A stretch of DNA of 61,020 nt from Craspedostauros australis (taxonomy: Eukaryota): positions 1 through 61,020 of the forward strand of contig JALAGF010004959.1 in NCBI GenBank assembly GCA_030167865.1. Direction: 5' to 3'. Positions 1 to 11,771 of the stretch are shown here, piece by piece. The position numbers and the translations under genes were made by a program. Below the pieces are notes generated by a model. It ran no database searches, was not told where the DNA came from, and was given only the letters and a program-made list of their open reading frames with translations. Numbering within the stretch: the stretch's first letter is position 1; every line of letters starts with the position of its first letter.

Positions 1-1291
1 ATGATTGCGGATAGCACAGAAGTGCAGCAGCGCGATCGTGATGCAATCCGTTCCCGTCACGCCTGATACCTTGTTGGCTTGCTCAGTTGCTTAGTTGGTT
101 GGTTGGTTTTGTGGCCTTGCCGAGATTATGAGAAGAGTCAGACCTGCGATCGCAGAGCTCTGGTGTTGTTTCGGAGGGTACGGGCAGTGTGCATTCTGCT
201 TGTACTCGTTCCTGTAGTGTGTGTTGGCATTCCGCTCCGCCTATTTGATGTGGCGAAGTGAGTTGTGTTTTCGCTTGTGCAAATTGAAAAGATGAGCACA
301 GAGGACCACAACACGTTGAGTTGTGCTGCGTTGTGCTGTGTTGCAGCGCGACGTTGCGTGGTGAGGAGTAGTACGATTGCCGATCTGGTGGGAGATGTTG
401 TGGTGACTGGTCCACATCGGGAATGACTGTCGGCGATGTGGAACTCGTGCCTTGAGAGGAAACGCCTCGCCAACTTTCACTGACTTCGGTGCCTTTTGAG
501 CTGCTCTGATCGCTCGATTGTTGACATTCATTCCCAAGTCTCAACAAAAGTCAATGGCCAACGAAAAGACCCACTCTCCGCACTCATCGATGTCAACAGA
601 TAACGCCATTTCGCCATCCGTGGAGGTTCTCACCAAACGGATGCAAAAGCTCGTACAGTATGGTACATAAAGTGAGGACTAAATTTCTTTTCCACCAGTG
701 CGCACCAAGTGCTTTCTTACGGCTGGTGCGTAAGCAGGTCACTGAAGCATCGTTCGTGTTCACCATTCCGGATGAGACACACGAGAAAGTCAGAGACTGA
801 AAGAACAAACAATTTCCAACACACGAACGACATGACATTTCCCAAACGTTATCAGTTTTCTATCATAGAGTTAATAATGACTCTCTTTGCGAAAACTCGA
901 TAAGCAATGCAGGAACTCACGACATTCTGGACAAACAACGAGCATTCTCCATCGTCTTTACACTTTCGATGGGATTGGTGGTCCGTTTTTCAGTCATCGC
1001 GGCAGATCATCACGCAGCAGCTCGAATTCCGCGATTGCGACCGCGGAATGCCTGGGATGTGGAATTGTGTTCCGGATTGTCATCTGCACAACAACTGTCG
1101 GAGTGGAGCTATTCCAAGTGAGCAAGCAATGATCAAGCGGTCGATGGCAGCAGTAATAGAACTATTCTCTTGCTCCATCTCCATGACGTCGCGCGCGACC
1201 GAGCTATGGAGCATTGGCGTTGTTCGAGAGCAAAGTACGAGGCACATGTACTCTGTGCTATTCCCTCTTCACACGCAGCCTGTCATCGCAA

Positions 1292-3557
1292 TCAGACAAG
1301 GCAAGGTCTCCAGAAGTACTCGATTCTTACCCAATCGCGAATCTTCACAATGCTGCAGTGATGTGGACTGTTAACTTGATCAAAGCAGCTTGGAATCAAT
1401 GATTTCCAAATCTGCTCACAGGGTACCGCCAGATTGCCTCCACTTGACGGATACACTTCGTCCTCCTCGTTGTCCTCCTCCAACGGCAGCTGGGATATCT
1501 CCTCTTTGTCATGCTGCTCGTCTTTCGCATCGCAATCAATGGCATCAATCCCCAAAAATGAATGAAGGAACTGCTTTGAACCATCCTGGCAGTCTTGCAT
1601 TCGTGCATTTCCATTTGCAGAGGCCGGCCGCACCGATTGTGCCGTACACCGCCACGATGACGAAGATTGCCGCCTCCAATTGCTGCGAAGTCAGCTTGCT
1701 CTTGAACAGGGTGGCATTGTCCGTACCATCCACGATCAGACCCAAGATTCCCAAACAGAACACAAGCCGGCTATTCACGACAACACCAACCCATGTCGTT
1801 GATGGAAAGACCATCAAGCATCCGTGCGTCCAGCTTTCGACTGCCCTCACAGTGAAGCTATCAAGTGTGTGCCTGCCCCACCGACTTGCCACCTCAAAGT
1901 GCCTTGCAACCGATGTCACGTCCCGAGCAAGGAGGGAGAGGCAGACGAAGTGTACACTCCACCATAATGACGCATTGGTGACCCTCGTTAGTTGTGCCAG
2001 TTGGAAGATAGAGACGAACAACCACATGTTGCGAATGTGCGTATCTCCATCCAAGAAGTCCGAGACAGTGCTGAATCGTCCCACAGCGACGAACGCCCAG
2101 AAGCCAGTGATTGTAAGTGTGATCCCAATGACGAATGCGACCGACAAGGATGGCTCTGATTATTTGTACCAGAGACGAGCGCTGACAATGGTAATGGGAG
2201 TGTGACACACAATGCAATCCCTGGTGATCTGGAACGTTGGATGTCATTGACCCACCTTGTCCCATCTTCATTCGTTCGACTATCCCTGTGTCCACGAGAG
2301 CCGCAATTGACTGGCGAATTAACAGGTGTATCGTTGATCATCGAGAGTTGGCTCCACTTGGTCGTTTCCTTTGTATCGACATCCATGGACACGGCTGCAT
2401 ATCCCTCGAGCTTGAATTGATGCGATGCATGGAAAGTGCCTTCACCATACAAATCATTGATCAATTGCATATCCTTCATGTCCTTGAACATCATCTGTGG
2501 CATCGCTGCTGTGCACCATAATGCACCATCGATCGGCTGGAGCATCCGCGGGCGACTCGCGATCTAGCCTCTGCTTGGAAGCTCCGCAGTGCCCGCAGAC
2601 AAATACAACCCCAATCGCTGGTTATCATCTCGCCCTTCCTGATTTGCCTGGAAACATACATCATTCGCAGCGATAGGGACAATGTTGCCTGCGTCGCGAT
2701 ATTCGTCAAGGACACGATGTCGCTCTTCGTCGCCGAGGAACCCCATTGGGTGCATCTTCCCTATGAGTCCTTGCCGGGATCCTCATCAAGCCACATTTTT
2801 GCACCAGGCACGTACGTCGCCATTGTCCCGTCTGGCAGCGGCACGCGGTACGGATTTGTGCTACACCTGCTAGAGCGCTTCTCCTCCTTTGCCTTGGCGT
2901 GCCATTCCCTGACTGTGTCTAACAGGAAACTGGTGTGGTCAGTCTCCCCAACGTAGCGATCTCCCACGCCGCCGCCCATCGAGCTGGAAGAGGAATCTGA
3001 CTAAGGATGTAGTGGATCGTAACCCGTGTCGGATGGTAGATGAGAGATGCCGGAGGACATCCGACGGAGAAGACAGCGAGAAAGTACATGAGAATGTGTG
3101 CCACAGCGCAGTGGATCTTGGTGTTGCATGATTCTGGCCATGCCTTCTTGGCGGAGAATGGATTGACTGCACAGCTGTTGCCATCGCTGTCGACATCACT
3201 GTCTCCGCCATCGTCATCGTCGTCGTCGCTATGATTGTTGTATCTTGTTTGATCCCTGCCAATGCCTTTTATCGCGATGGTGATAGTACTTGCCTTGCGA
3301 CTGGAACAAGGCACGATGATGCACCAGAGCAGCAGAAAGCAAGTGGCCAGTACCGCCCAGCCGGTCCCGCATCATTCCATATCGGCCTGTCCCGCGGACC
3401 ATCCCAGAAAGGCGATGATGAAGCCATTGAAGGTGATGCTGCAGAACCAGCAGGAACAACGAATCAAGTTGCAAGGTGTGTATTTGCAAAGGTCACGTTT
3501 GCTGCGCGCGACACCGCCAACATGACCGATGCTGTCACCTTTGCCGGTTGGGCTCAT
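1292..3557 (-). pseudogene. Probable pseudogene of a polytopic membrane protein
   Basis: Chain of minus-strand ORF fragments (3372..3671, 2919..3314, 2761..2979, 2564..2755, 1988..2545, 1545..2147, 1292..1633). Two pairs are in the same frame and separated by single stops: TGA 3372-3374 (GQADME*CGTGWAVLATCFLLLWCIIV) and TAG 2564-2566. The other junctions need frameshifts. Several hydrophobic TM-like segments. Boundaries are approximate. Confidence 0.5.
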
Positions 3558-4127
3558 CTCGTTGTGGGACGTCCCATGATCGGACTGCGTCTTCGTGTGG
3601 CTGGTAGTGGTAGTGGTAGCGGTACGGCTGTAGATTAGGAGTGTTGTATTGCACATTACTGCCTGGTACACAGATGATGGTGCGAGTGAAAAGAATGGAA
3701 AGGTTTAGAACGATGCTGTTGCGATCGCGCTTGGATTGCTCTGCGTGCGAAGGTGGATGGTTTGCCGCTCTGCCGCTACAGCTATTGCTCCTGCTGCTCT
3801 GGTGCCGTCTTCAACGCACGCCATCCACGTTGATGATGGCATCATCCGCATTGTCCCGATCTCTGCGCGACACCTGTCCCCTGCCGCCCGCAGCGAGCAC
3901 AAGTGTCGAATGTGGGCGTCATTCCACTTTCGACATTGGGGCATGTTTGTGGGCAAGAGGTGCGTCTGGTTGCGGCCTGTTTGATGCTGCGAGAGGTCTG
4001 TCTGGCTTCGTACCTGCCGACGAGACGCGAGTGTTTTTGCCCTGCGCGAAATCGTATTGGCTGTTCTGTCGGACTACGAGCCATTACGGCACAAGCACGG
4101 TAGAGTAGGCCGTAGATGTTATCGTGG

Positions 4128-6938
4128 TTAGAGGACTTCGCATGCGTCTTGATTTGGTCCAGGACAATCCCCAGCCGCATCGATCACGTACGTCTTTGTC
4201 AGATCTCCACCACACAATGATGCCTGGGCACACTTAAAACAATCATTGGTTGAACCCGTGCAGGTTCCTTTTTTCACCAGAACGTCATTGACTGCAGCTT
4301 CACTGTCGGCAAGACTTTGGCATGCAGACACACCGTCGCATGCGCCCTCTTCGATAATCAAATCTCCTGCAGTTTTTGAAGAAGAACTGGAGGAATGCGC
4401 GTCTCTGCAAGCGTTGCCCCCTCGGCACGCATTCTTCCCGATGAAGATGTTTGCCACGGTTGGTGATGTAGTATCGCCTTGGTTGAAGCGACTACCAAGA
4501 CGGTTGCATCCCCCTTGTATGTTACATCCTCCCTCCTCCACTCGAATGTTGCCCAAGACATTCTGCCCAAGGAAGGCGCAACTGTTGTTGATAAGGCAAG
4601 CTCTTGGTCCAATCACCCTGAATCCAACATCGACGACAGGTAATGACTGCGTCTTATCGAATGCACCCACATTGAGACAGGATTGGCCTCCGGTGCAACT
4701 TTCAAGTACAATGGTGTCGGGGAATGCTTGGTGGCAGGCAAAATTGCCAGTGCAAGACCCCTCGCTCACCGTCATGACACCAATACCAGGGCGCATGGTG
4801 CACGACGAACTGCCGTTGCAGCAATCAGTATCACAGGCCGCCCTCACCAGTGGTGGTTTTCCAGTGAAGAGCCTCTTGCCCTCATTCGCCATCTGCAATA
4901 GTCCATCGGTCACGCTTGCGACGTTCTTGATCTTGTCGAATCTCTTCTGCGCCACCTCTGTGGTCACAGTCTGTGGGGGATCTTCATCGTTGCATCCAAA
5001 GATACTCTTGATCATCTTCCCTTGGTCAGGTAGTGCATCGAGTGCGGCCACAAATTGTGCGCACGAGTCCATACCACCATCGCAGAAGACTGGATTGCTG
5101 ATAGCTGTGAACGTTGATGTTGTATCTCCTGGGGTTTCGAGACATCCGGCTGTGAAAAAGGCTGGAGGCAAGGTTGGGCTGCTTGTTGTTGTAGGCTCTT
5201 GTGAAGGTCCTGTAGACGGCAGTTTGGTCGGAGCTGGTGTTGGAGCTGAAGTGGGAGCTGATGTTGGGGCCGATGTTGGAGCTGAAGTGGGAGCTGTTGG
5301 GGATGATGTTGGAGCCGAAGTGGGAGCTGATGTCGGAGCTGATGTAGGAGCCAATGTTGGGGCTGATGTTGGGGCTGATGTGGGAGCCGATGTGGGAACC
5401 GATGTTGGAGCTAATGCGAGAGGTGTGGGGAACTGGGTGGGAGAAAAAGTCGGACAGTCTGTTGGCAAGGTGTCCATGCCAATACAGTACTCATTCACTT
5501 TGTCACCAGTAGGATTGCCCCCGGAGCTGCTGCCTCCCTTTGGGCAGGCTCCGTCGATATCGCTGATGAAGTAGAATTCATCAGGGCTGCACTCGTACTT
5601 CGTCATGCATCCCCTGCAGCCTTCGACACTGCCGCATCCAGCAGGAGGAACGATGATGTCGGTTCTCATCCTGTCACTGAAGCCCATCTTCTCGCATGAC
5701 CCATCGGCAGCGCAACCACCAGCATCAATGGTCAGGCTGCCTGCCCTCTTACCAGCAGTACCATGGTTGACAGTGGAATGGGCATCCTTGCAGGCATTGG
5801 CGCCGACGCACGCATTTGGGCCGATGTCGATGTGGCTGCGGATGCGGATGGGGGCCTTCTGCATGACGCGGCGTCCAGCAGAATTGCATGCGTCTGATCC
5901 GATGCATGCGCCGGTCTGGATGGTGACATCGCCATGGGAGCGGTGTCCCACTCCCTCGCAAGATTGAGGGGTGGTGCATGCCATCTCGCCAACGAAGGTG
6001 ACTCCAGTGATGAAGGGATTGGCCTCGTTCTCATTCATCAACTCGCATGCACTTGCGCCAGTGCAGGAGGAACCGAGGATGAGGGGATTGGGGCCCATAT
6101 CCTTGCAGGCGCTGTCGCCGGTGCATGCCGTGATGGCGATGGTCATGAATGGCGGGGAGTTGGAGGCGGAACCAGTGACTGAGGTGCATCCAGACGATCC
6201 TTGGCAGCATGGGTCCGCGACGGCAGGCGATTGCATCGCCGCGATGGCCGCACAAGCTGCCTTCATCGCATCCGGACGTTCGGTGACGAGGATTGCGTTG
6301 GTGGCAGCGATCAGGACCAATTGGCCCGCGAGCACGTCGTCGGATGCGTACTTGTTGAAGAGCTTGCGTGCAGCTCCTTCGCCGAGATCTCCTGCACATC
6401 CAAAGAAGTTCTGCAGCTGCTCAGATTCCCTCACGGCAGTCACAGCCTCGCGGCAGGATGGCTTGTTCGCATCGCAGATGATGGTCTTGGCGCTTACCTC
6501 TTGTGATGAGAGGGCGGTGATTCCATCGGGCTTGCAAAAAACTTCGATGGTGGAATCGAAGATGGCTGGAGCGGCTGTTGGCTTTGATGTTGGCAGGAGG
6601 GTGGGCTGAGAGGTCGGCGACGCGGTTGGCTGAGCGACAGGTGTCATCGAGGGCATCTCCGAAATCAAGCCTGTCGGCGGCCCAGTAGGCAATGCGGTTG
6701 GCGCGGCTGTTGCTGCAGCAGCCGGGTTCTCAGTGGGTGGCTCTCGTTCGCCCTTGTTTTGTTTCGCCGCCTTCGCGTTGTCATCAGCGCCGACCTTAAG
6801 GGCGCGGATCTTGTTCATCGCCGTGCGGAGTTCCTTAGTTGGGTCCAAGGGGGTCCTGTTGCCGCGGAGCACAGCGTGGACCGTTGCCGTGTCGGCGAGA
6901 GCGAGAAAAGCGACGAAGGCTGCCTTGGCGTAGATCAT
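4128..6938 (-). CDS. Secreted Cys-rich, Pro/Thr/Ser-repeat (mucin-like) extracellular protein, ~936 aa
   Basis: Single long ORF. Likely start MIYAKAAFVAFLALADTATVHAVLRG (signal peptide) at 6938. Two homologous Cys-rich modules built from CxGxxA/SC repeats, separated by a (PTSA)n linker. Confidence 0.85.
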   Translation of the reverse strand: MIYAKAAFVAFLALADTATVHAVLRGNRTPLDPTKELRTAMNKIRALKVGADDNAKAAKQNKGEREPPTENPAAAATAAPTALPTGPPTGLISEMPSMTPVAQPTASPTSQPTLLPTSKPTAAPAIFDSTIEVFCKPDGITALSSQEVSAKTIICDANKPSCREAVTAVRESEQLQNFFGCAGDLGEGAARKLFNKYASDDVLAGQLVLIAATNAILVTERPDAMKAACAAIAAMQSPAVADPCCQGSSGCTSVTGSASNSPPFMTIAITACTGDSACKDMGPNPLILGSSCTGASACELMNENEANPFITGVTFVGEMACTTPQSCEGVGHRSHGDVTIQTGACIGSDACNSAGRRVMQKAPIRIRSHIDIGPNACVGANACKDAHSTVNHGTAGKRAGSLTIDAGGCAADGSCEKMGFSDRMRTDIIVPPAGCGSVEGCRGCMTKYECSPDEFYFISDIDGACPKGGSSSGGNPTGDKVNEYCIGMDTLPTDCPTFSPTQFPTPLALAPTSVPTSAPTSAPTSAPTLAPTSAPTSAPTSAPTSSPTAPTSAPTSAPTSAPTSAPTPAPTKLPSTGPSQEPTTTSSPTLPPAFFTAGCLETPGDTTSTFTAISNPVFCDGGMDSCAQFVAALDALPDQGKMIKSIFGCNDEDPPQTVTTEVAQKRFDKIKNVASVTDGLLQMANEGKRLFTGKPPLVRAACDTDCCNGSSSCTMRPGIGVMTVSEGSCTGNFACHQAFPDTIVLESCTGGQSCLNVGAFDKTQSLPVVDVGFRVIGPRACLINNSCAFLGQNVLGNIRVEEGGCNIQGGCNRLGSRFNQGDTTSPTVANIFIGKNACRGGNACRDAHSSSSSSKTAGDLIIEEGACDGVSACQSLADSEAAVNDVLVKKGTCTGSTNDCFKCAQASLCGGDLTKTYVIDAAGDCPGPNQDACEVL
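5230..5412 (-). repeat. 12-bp coding tandem repeat encoding (PTSA)n linker
   Basis: Degenerate ggagctgatgtt-type units. Translation PTSVPTSAPTSAPTSAPTLAPTSAPTSAPTSAPTSS... Confidence 0.9.
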
Positions 6939-8859
6939 GGTTGCTGTCGTTGTCGTTGTCGTTGCCGTTGCCGTTGTCGTAACGAGAGTGGTTGGATCAA
7001 TTGTGTGTGCGCCAAGTTCGCGTTGAATCCGAATAGAGCACAGATAGATTGTGCAATCAGCAGGACGTTGCGATGATTCGACGAGGTGTGCATGCGAAAG
7101 GAACGTCGATATGGAAGGAAAAGCGTGAGTCAATGAAGGTTGGTAGAGTTGGAGGATTCGACAGCAAGATGTTGCCTAGTGCGAGTCTGGTATTGTCATG
7201 GGAAGACAGGGTGAGGATCCGTAGCGTCTTTGGATAGCTCGTCGTCTCTTCAGCCTCGGATTGACCTGTGCTCACCTTGCGATGGTTGTTGGTTAACGGN
7301 TGTTGGCTGTTGTCTGTTCTGTGGTGATGTGATGTCTTGCAATCTGGTGGTCGATTGGTTTTATGAGACTGACAAGATCGGTTTTGGAGGAGGACAAATG
7401 ATTTCTCGAGCGGCGGGGCGGAGCGGGCCGACAAGCGATGAACACCGCGACGTGCGTTGATGCCATGCCGCAGATGAATGAAGGCTTCCACCGTCCTCCT
7501 GCGCCAGATGTGGTCGTATTAGAGTCGAACGCTGGTGCGCATCGCATCGCATTGCAAGCCTTGCTGCGAATGTTTGCTTGGTGGTTGGCCATCTCTGTGG
7601 TGTAATTCGGGTTTGCTTCTTGGGAGGCTTCACTTTGATTCTCGGCATCGGAGGTTGCGTCCTCTGAGTTGGCAATGTGCAAGGGTAGAATTCTGCAGCA
7701 AGCTTTCCAGCAGCATGAGAAAGTCCAATGTCATCCGATTATGGATGTGATACCTCTTCGTATGGCTCGTGTGCGTTTGTTCCTTGCTGAATCGGCCAGC
7801 CTTCCACGCGATGGCTTCCCCAGCTGCCGACGGACCTGAACCTTCCTTGGTGAAGACGCGAAGCAAGACCCAGATTTGAAGCTATCATGTGATGGAGGGA
7901 ACAGCACGCCCATTTGCATGGTGCATATAACACCACAGTGTAGGACACAAAACCACACCATAACATACGATGCGATACGATGCGATGCGATAAATGCGGA
8001 CCTCTTTGTTGTTGATCTCGGCGCAAATCTGCTCTTTCAAATTCATTATGGATGTGATGCACCCAGAGAAGCACTGAGAAAAACAACAAAGATGTTGAAG
8101 CGTGGGCTGGGAGGAGAAACAATGTCTGGAAACTGGTCCTGTCACGATGGGCGAACAATCGCTGAACCTCACACCTTCGCAACTTGTCATCTCTACCCTA
8201 ATTGCAATTGTATCACAGCCTCGACAACGTCCCCATGCACATAACAATTCCTCTTCAGTCACATAAATTCTGGTTCGTCGATGAATGGATAGCATCCCCA
8301 TTGGTAGCCTTCGTACTTCAGACACATAATTGCAGGAGTTGTCACCCACGTTCGCAATTGTCTTCAAGTTCATCGAGAGTCTTCGTCACTTGGTGTAGGC
8401 GCTCCGCGATGCACCTTCCAAACACATGTGAGCGTCGAGTGCGTCGTGTCAGAATGGTAGCGTGGATGTTCCCATCCATGCAGCAATCGCAACTCTCTGT
8501 TCGTCGGTTGGGTTGGAGGCGGTACCGTGGAACAGTCCAGCAGATCGTCAAGAATTGGGACTCTCCCGATATCTACATTCGTTTGACTTGAGATACCAAA
8601 CACATGGTATGGAAACAGGAATGGACGGGATTGGCGAGACACCTAGCACAGCGACAACAGCTACAAAGAATTGTTTCTCTTGGCAGTATCATCCTCATCA
8701 TGTACATCGAATACAAGCAAGTTGTTTGTATCGCATCGTGGATCATACATAATCGTGGTACTGAAGCATTGCTCTACTACAATTATATGTGCCTCAATTA
8801 ATCCATCATCGTCGTGTCGCGTCGCGTTGCATTGCGTTCCACTGTGTTGCATCGCCACT

Positions 8860-10788
8860 TCACAAATCGTCTGTGCGTTCGCCACAATCCAACAGCTCCT
8901 GCTTGCGGCTTTCTGCAATTTCCTGCAATCCATTCGAATGCTCCTGCATCCATTCCAAGATCCATTCCAGACGCTCGACCGTGTCCGTGGTTTGCAGCGC
9001 CATCGATAGCTGCTGCGTCGAGATGGTGCACTGCAAGCTGGATAGCGCCACCAGTGAAAGAGCGGTGTAGCCAAACGACTCCGACTTGAGCTGTTCTTGC
9101 GAATAGTACGGACGCAGCTCTTCCAGCAGCACCTGGACCATGGCAGTGAGAGGCTGCGTGTTGGCGTTGCCGCCGCGGGCCATGGCAGCTGTGTACGACG
9201 TTGGCAAGTATCCCATGCCGTAGTTGGTCTTTTGCAGCAGTTCCTGCGCCGATTTGGAGATGGATCTGGATTGATTGGGCTGGATGAAATGGGTCTGCAA
9301 CCGCAATTTGAGCTTCTGCTGCTGTTTCTGAACTTGCGGCGACGCCTCGCGTTGTCGGTTCCTGTTGACGAGACGTTGCGGCAGCGGCGGCGATTTCTTG
9401 TCATCATCGTCGTTGTCGGCAAAGAGCTGACCGATGCCATCCAGGTCCTCCCACTGCTCGGAGGCCAACTCCAAACGGATGGCGGCGGCCTGGATGGTCT
9501 TGAGGTATCGTTGGCGGTCGGCATGCAGGAAATGGATGCGGTTGGCCAACGTGGCCATTTGGGAGATGGCGTGATTGAGCGAGAGGTTGGAATCGGTGTT
9601 GTCCATGAGGAGATCCATCTCGGCCATGAGGATGCGGCTTTCGGTGTCAATGATCATGTGCGACATGGCGTCGTCGTCATCATCCTCGTCCTCATCGCTG
9701 TCCTGCTTTTGTGGATTGTTGATATCGCCATACATGTGATCACCGCCGCGTTGTTGTTGCTGCTGCTGTCGCTGCTGCATACGCCACAGTTCCTCTTGCG
9801 ACATGCCTTCCGGTATGTTCTGGTCGGAATTGTCTTCTTCGTTTTCATCTTCATCCTCACCTTCCGCCGCGGCCGCCGCTTCCTTCTGTTCCCGAAACAC
9901 GACGTCAAACGTCGTTTCTTCATTGGTAAAATGATGCAACTTGGCACGTCCGATGCCGATCAACCGAATGCGGCTTTCCTGCGAATTGAGCATGTTGGAT
10001 TCGGAATGCACGCCCATGAGGGATTCGCGGAAGCTGGCTGTGTCGGTCGTGTCAATCGTCGTGGCGGCCGACGACGACGTGGAGATGCCGACGATGGCAG
10101 CCAGCGTGGCGTATCGTCCATCGGCGAGGTAGTTGCTGTTGGCGTTGTCATCGTATTGGTGATCGAGGATGGCCACGAGCGGTGCCGCATCGACGGTGGC
10201 CTTGACGGCGGTGTCCATCAGCTGCTCGTCTCTGTCGTTGTGAATTTGGACGCATTCCTCGATCGTCTTCCATTGCAACGGCGTCGGCGGATCCAGGATC
10301 AGCTCGCTGCCGACGAGCAACGGTGGCGCCTGCAGGATGGGACCGACGACGGGGATTTGTATTCTGGTCGCCGATGCCTGCTTCTTTTTGTTGCTGTTGT
10401 TGTTGTTGTTGTTACCGTTGTTGTTGTTGTTACCGTTGTTACCGTTGTTACCGTTCTTGGATGACTTGTTGTCATTGCTGTTGTCATCGTCGATGCCTGG
10501 GAAGGTCTGATAGAAGAGCGGGTTGGTGCGACTATGATGATGATGATGGTGGTGGTGGTGGTGGTGGTAGTTGGCGTGGTGCTGCTGAGATTGGAAGGGT
10601 TGGAAGGTTCGCAGCTGCTGCTGATGCTGGTGAGGAACAATGAATGCGGCGCTGTGCTGAACATGGTGTGACAGTATGAGTACCATCGCCGCCATCGTCA
10701 TCGTCATCGTCATCGTCAGAAGTGACGGCAGATGAGCAGGCATGCCCGTGGTCGGCTTGGTTGGCCTTCGTCGCAGGAGCATTGTCAA
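8860..10788 (-). CDS. Predicted plastid-targeted protein with Lon protease N-terminal (substrate-binding)-like domain, no ATPase or protease domain
   Basis: 642-aa ORF. Signal peptide plus SAAF motif (MAAMVLILSHHVQHSAAFIVP). IRLIGIGRA and C-terminal ALSLVAL...QLSMALQTTDTVERLEWI resemble LON_substr_bdg elements. Poly-H/N/Q/D tracts. The true start Met is uncertain. Confidence 0.65.
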   Translation of the reverse strand: MTMLLRRRPTKPTTGMPAHLPSLLTMTMTMTMAAMVLILSHHVQHSAAFIVPHQHQQQLRTFQPFQSQQHHANYHHHHHHHHHHHSRTNPLFYQTFPGIDDDNSNDNKSSKNGNNGNNGNNNNNGNNNNNNSNKKKQASATRIQIPVVGPILQAPPLLVGSELILDPPTPLQWKTIEECVQIHNDRDEQLMDTAVKATVDAAPLVAILDHQYDDNANSNYLADGRYATLAAIVGISTSSSAATTIDTTDTASFRESLMGVHSESNMLNSQESRIRLIGIGRAKLHHFTNEETTFDVVFREQKEAAAAAEGEDEDENEEDNSDQNIPEGMSQEELWRMQQRQQQQQQRGGDHMYGDINNPQKQDSDEDEDDDDDAMSHMIIDTESRILMAEMDLLMDNTDSNLSLNHAISQMATLANRIHFLHADRQRYLKTIQAAAIRLELASEQWEDLDGIGQLFADNDDDDKKSPPLPQRLVNRNRQREASPQVQKQQQKLKLRLQTHFIQPNQSRSISKSAQELLQKTNYGMGYLPTSYTAAMARGGNANTQPLTAMVQVLLEELRPYYSQEQLKSESFGYTALSLVALSSLQCTISTQQLSMALQTTDTVERLEWILEWMQEHSNGLQEIAESRKQELLDCGERTDDL

Positions 10789-11090
10789 GCTTGGTCGATG
10801 CGTTGATGTGTTGATGCGACTATGTGGGCGAAAGATGGGCCGTTGCTATGTGTGGAACAGTATCTGTTTCTGTCTTGGTGCCTTCGATTGGCACTTCGAT
10901 GCAACGCTTCCCACTCATCCACCCATTCATTGATCTGTCCATCCATCGATGCATTCATTCATGCGTCCTCGAAGTCCTCGCGCATCACTCACCGCTCACA
11001 ACTCACCTTCCGCTGCCACTTTGCGGTTTCTGCGAAGCGTAGCTCCGTTTCACCATGTTGCGTTGCAGAACGTTGGGCCGAGTTGTGATG

Positions 11091-11695
11091 TGACGTGCGT
11101 GCGTGTATTGTCCATCGGAATTTGATGACATTGTGTTGTCACACCGATTCCACGCTTTTGATTGGATGAATTGCATATTCCGGATAGCGTGACGTCACCA
11201 AAAAAGTGTCAACTCTTTCGATTCCTTGGAGTGAACTTTCGTTTCTGTCGACTTGTCCGATCATGTCACCCTTCTTCGAAACATGTTCGTGTTGGTGACG
11301 TCGTCATGACGTCATCTCCTGTTCGCGATGTTCCATGGAATGCGAAACCTTCAATCACCCACGCATGCAGTTCAACACGTTCACGTTTCGATGCGTGTTT
11401 TGGCACACCACGCAAATCGAGAAGGCATCAAAAGATACTTTCTGCTTGTACGAGTTTGATGGCAGATTCTACGCCATTCCACGCGAACGTGTTCCTTGTG
11501 GTGTACGATCTTCGTTTCGAACGACCGTCACCACACACATCAGCCTGGACGGTGCACAGATTCAGTTCACTGTTTGTTGCGCACGACCAACTTCCCCTGG
11601 CGTTCTTACAACGTCAAAGCATCAGTAGCAACGACATCATCCTCAACACTCGTTGGCAATCGGAGGCCTCCAGCATTGCTCACAATTTGACGTCA
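11091..11695. promoter_or_regulatory. Cluster of TGACGT/TGACGTCA (CRE-like bZIP) sites in the divergent promoter upstream of PTOX
   Basis: Perfect palindromes TGACGTCA at 11190-11197, 11307-11314 and 11688-11695. Additional TGACGT at 11091-11096 and 11296-11301, and ACGTCA at 11611-11616. Confidence 0.6.
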
Positions 11696-11771
11696 TCTCA
11701 AACCTGCAACACAAAGCAATAACAATAGTCGCAGTAGCAACAGTAGCAATAGCAATAGCAACAACACCACC

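Noticed and set aside
1390-2205. 271-aa plus-strand ORF
   Set aside because: Antisense to the more protein-like minus-strand pseudogene fragments.
2564-3374. In-frame TGA/TAG considered as selenocysteine, readthrough or an alternative genetic code
   Set aside because: Frameshifts co-occur with the stops, and intact genes in the window end normally in TAA, TAG and TGA.
7300-7300. Single ambiguous base (n)
   Set aside because: Assembly ambiguity in intergenic DNA, not a biological feature.
8200-8640. Stop-interrupted minus-strand frame with a vaguely MATH-like WG..FI segment
   Set aside because: The similarity is too weak to support by eye.
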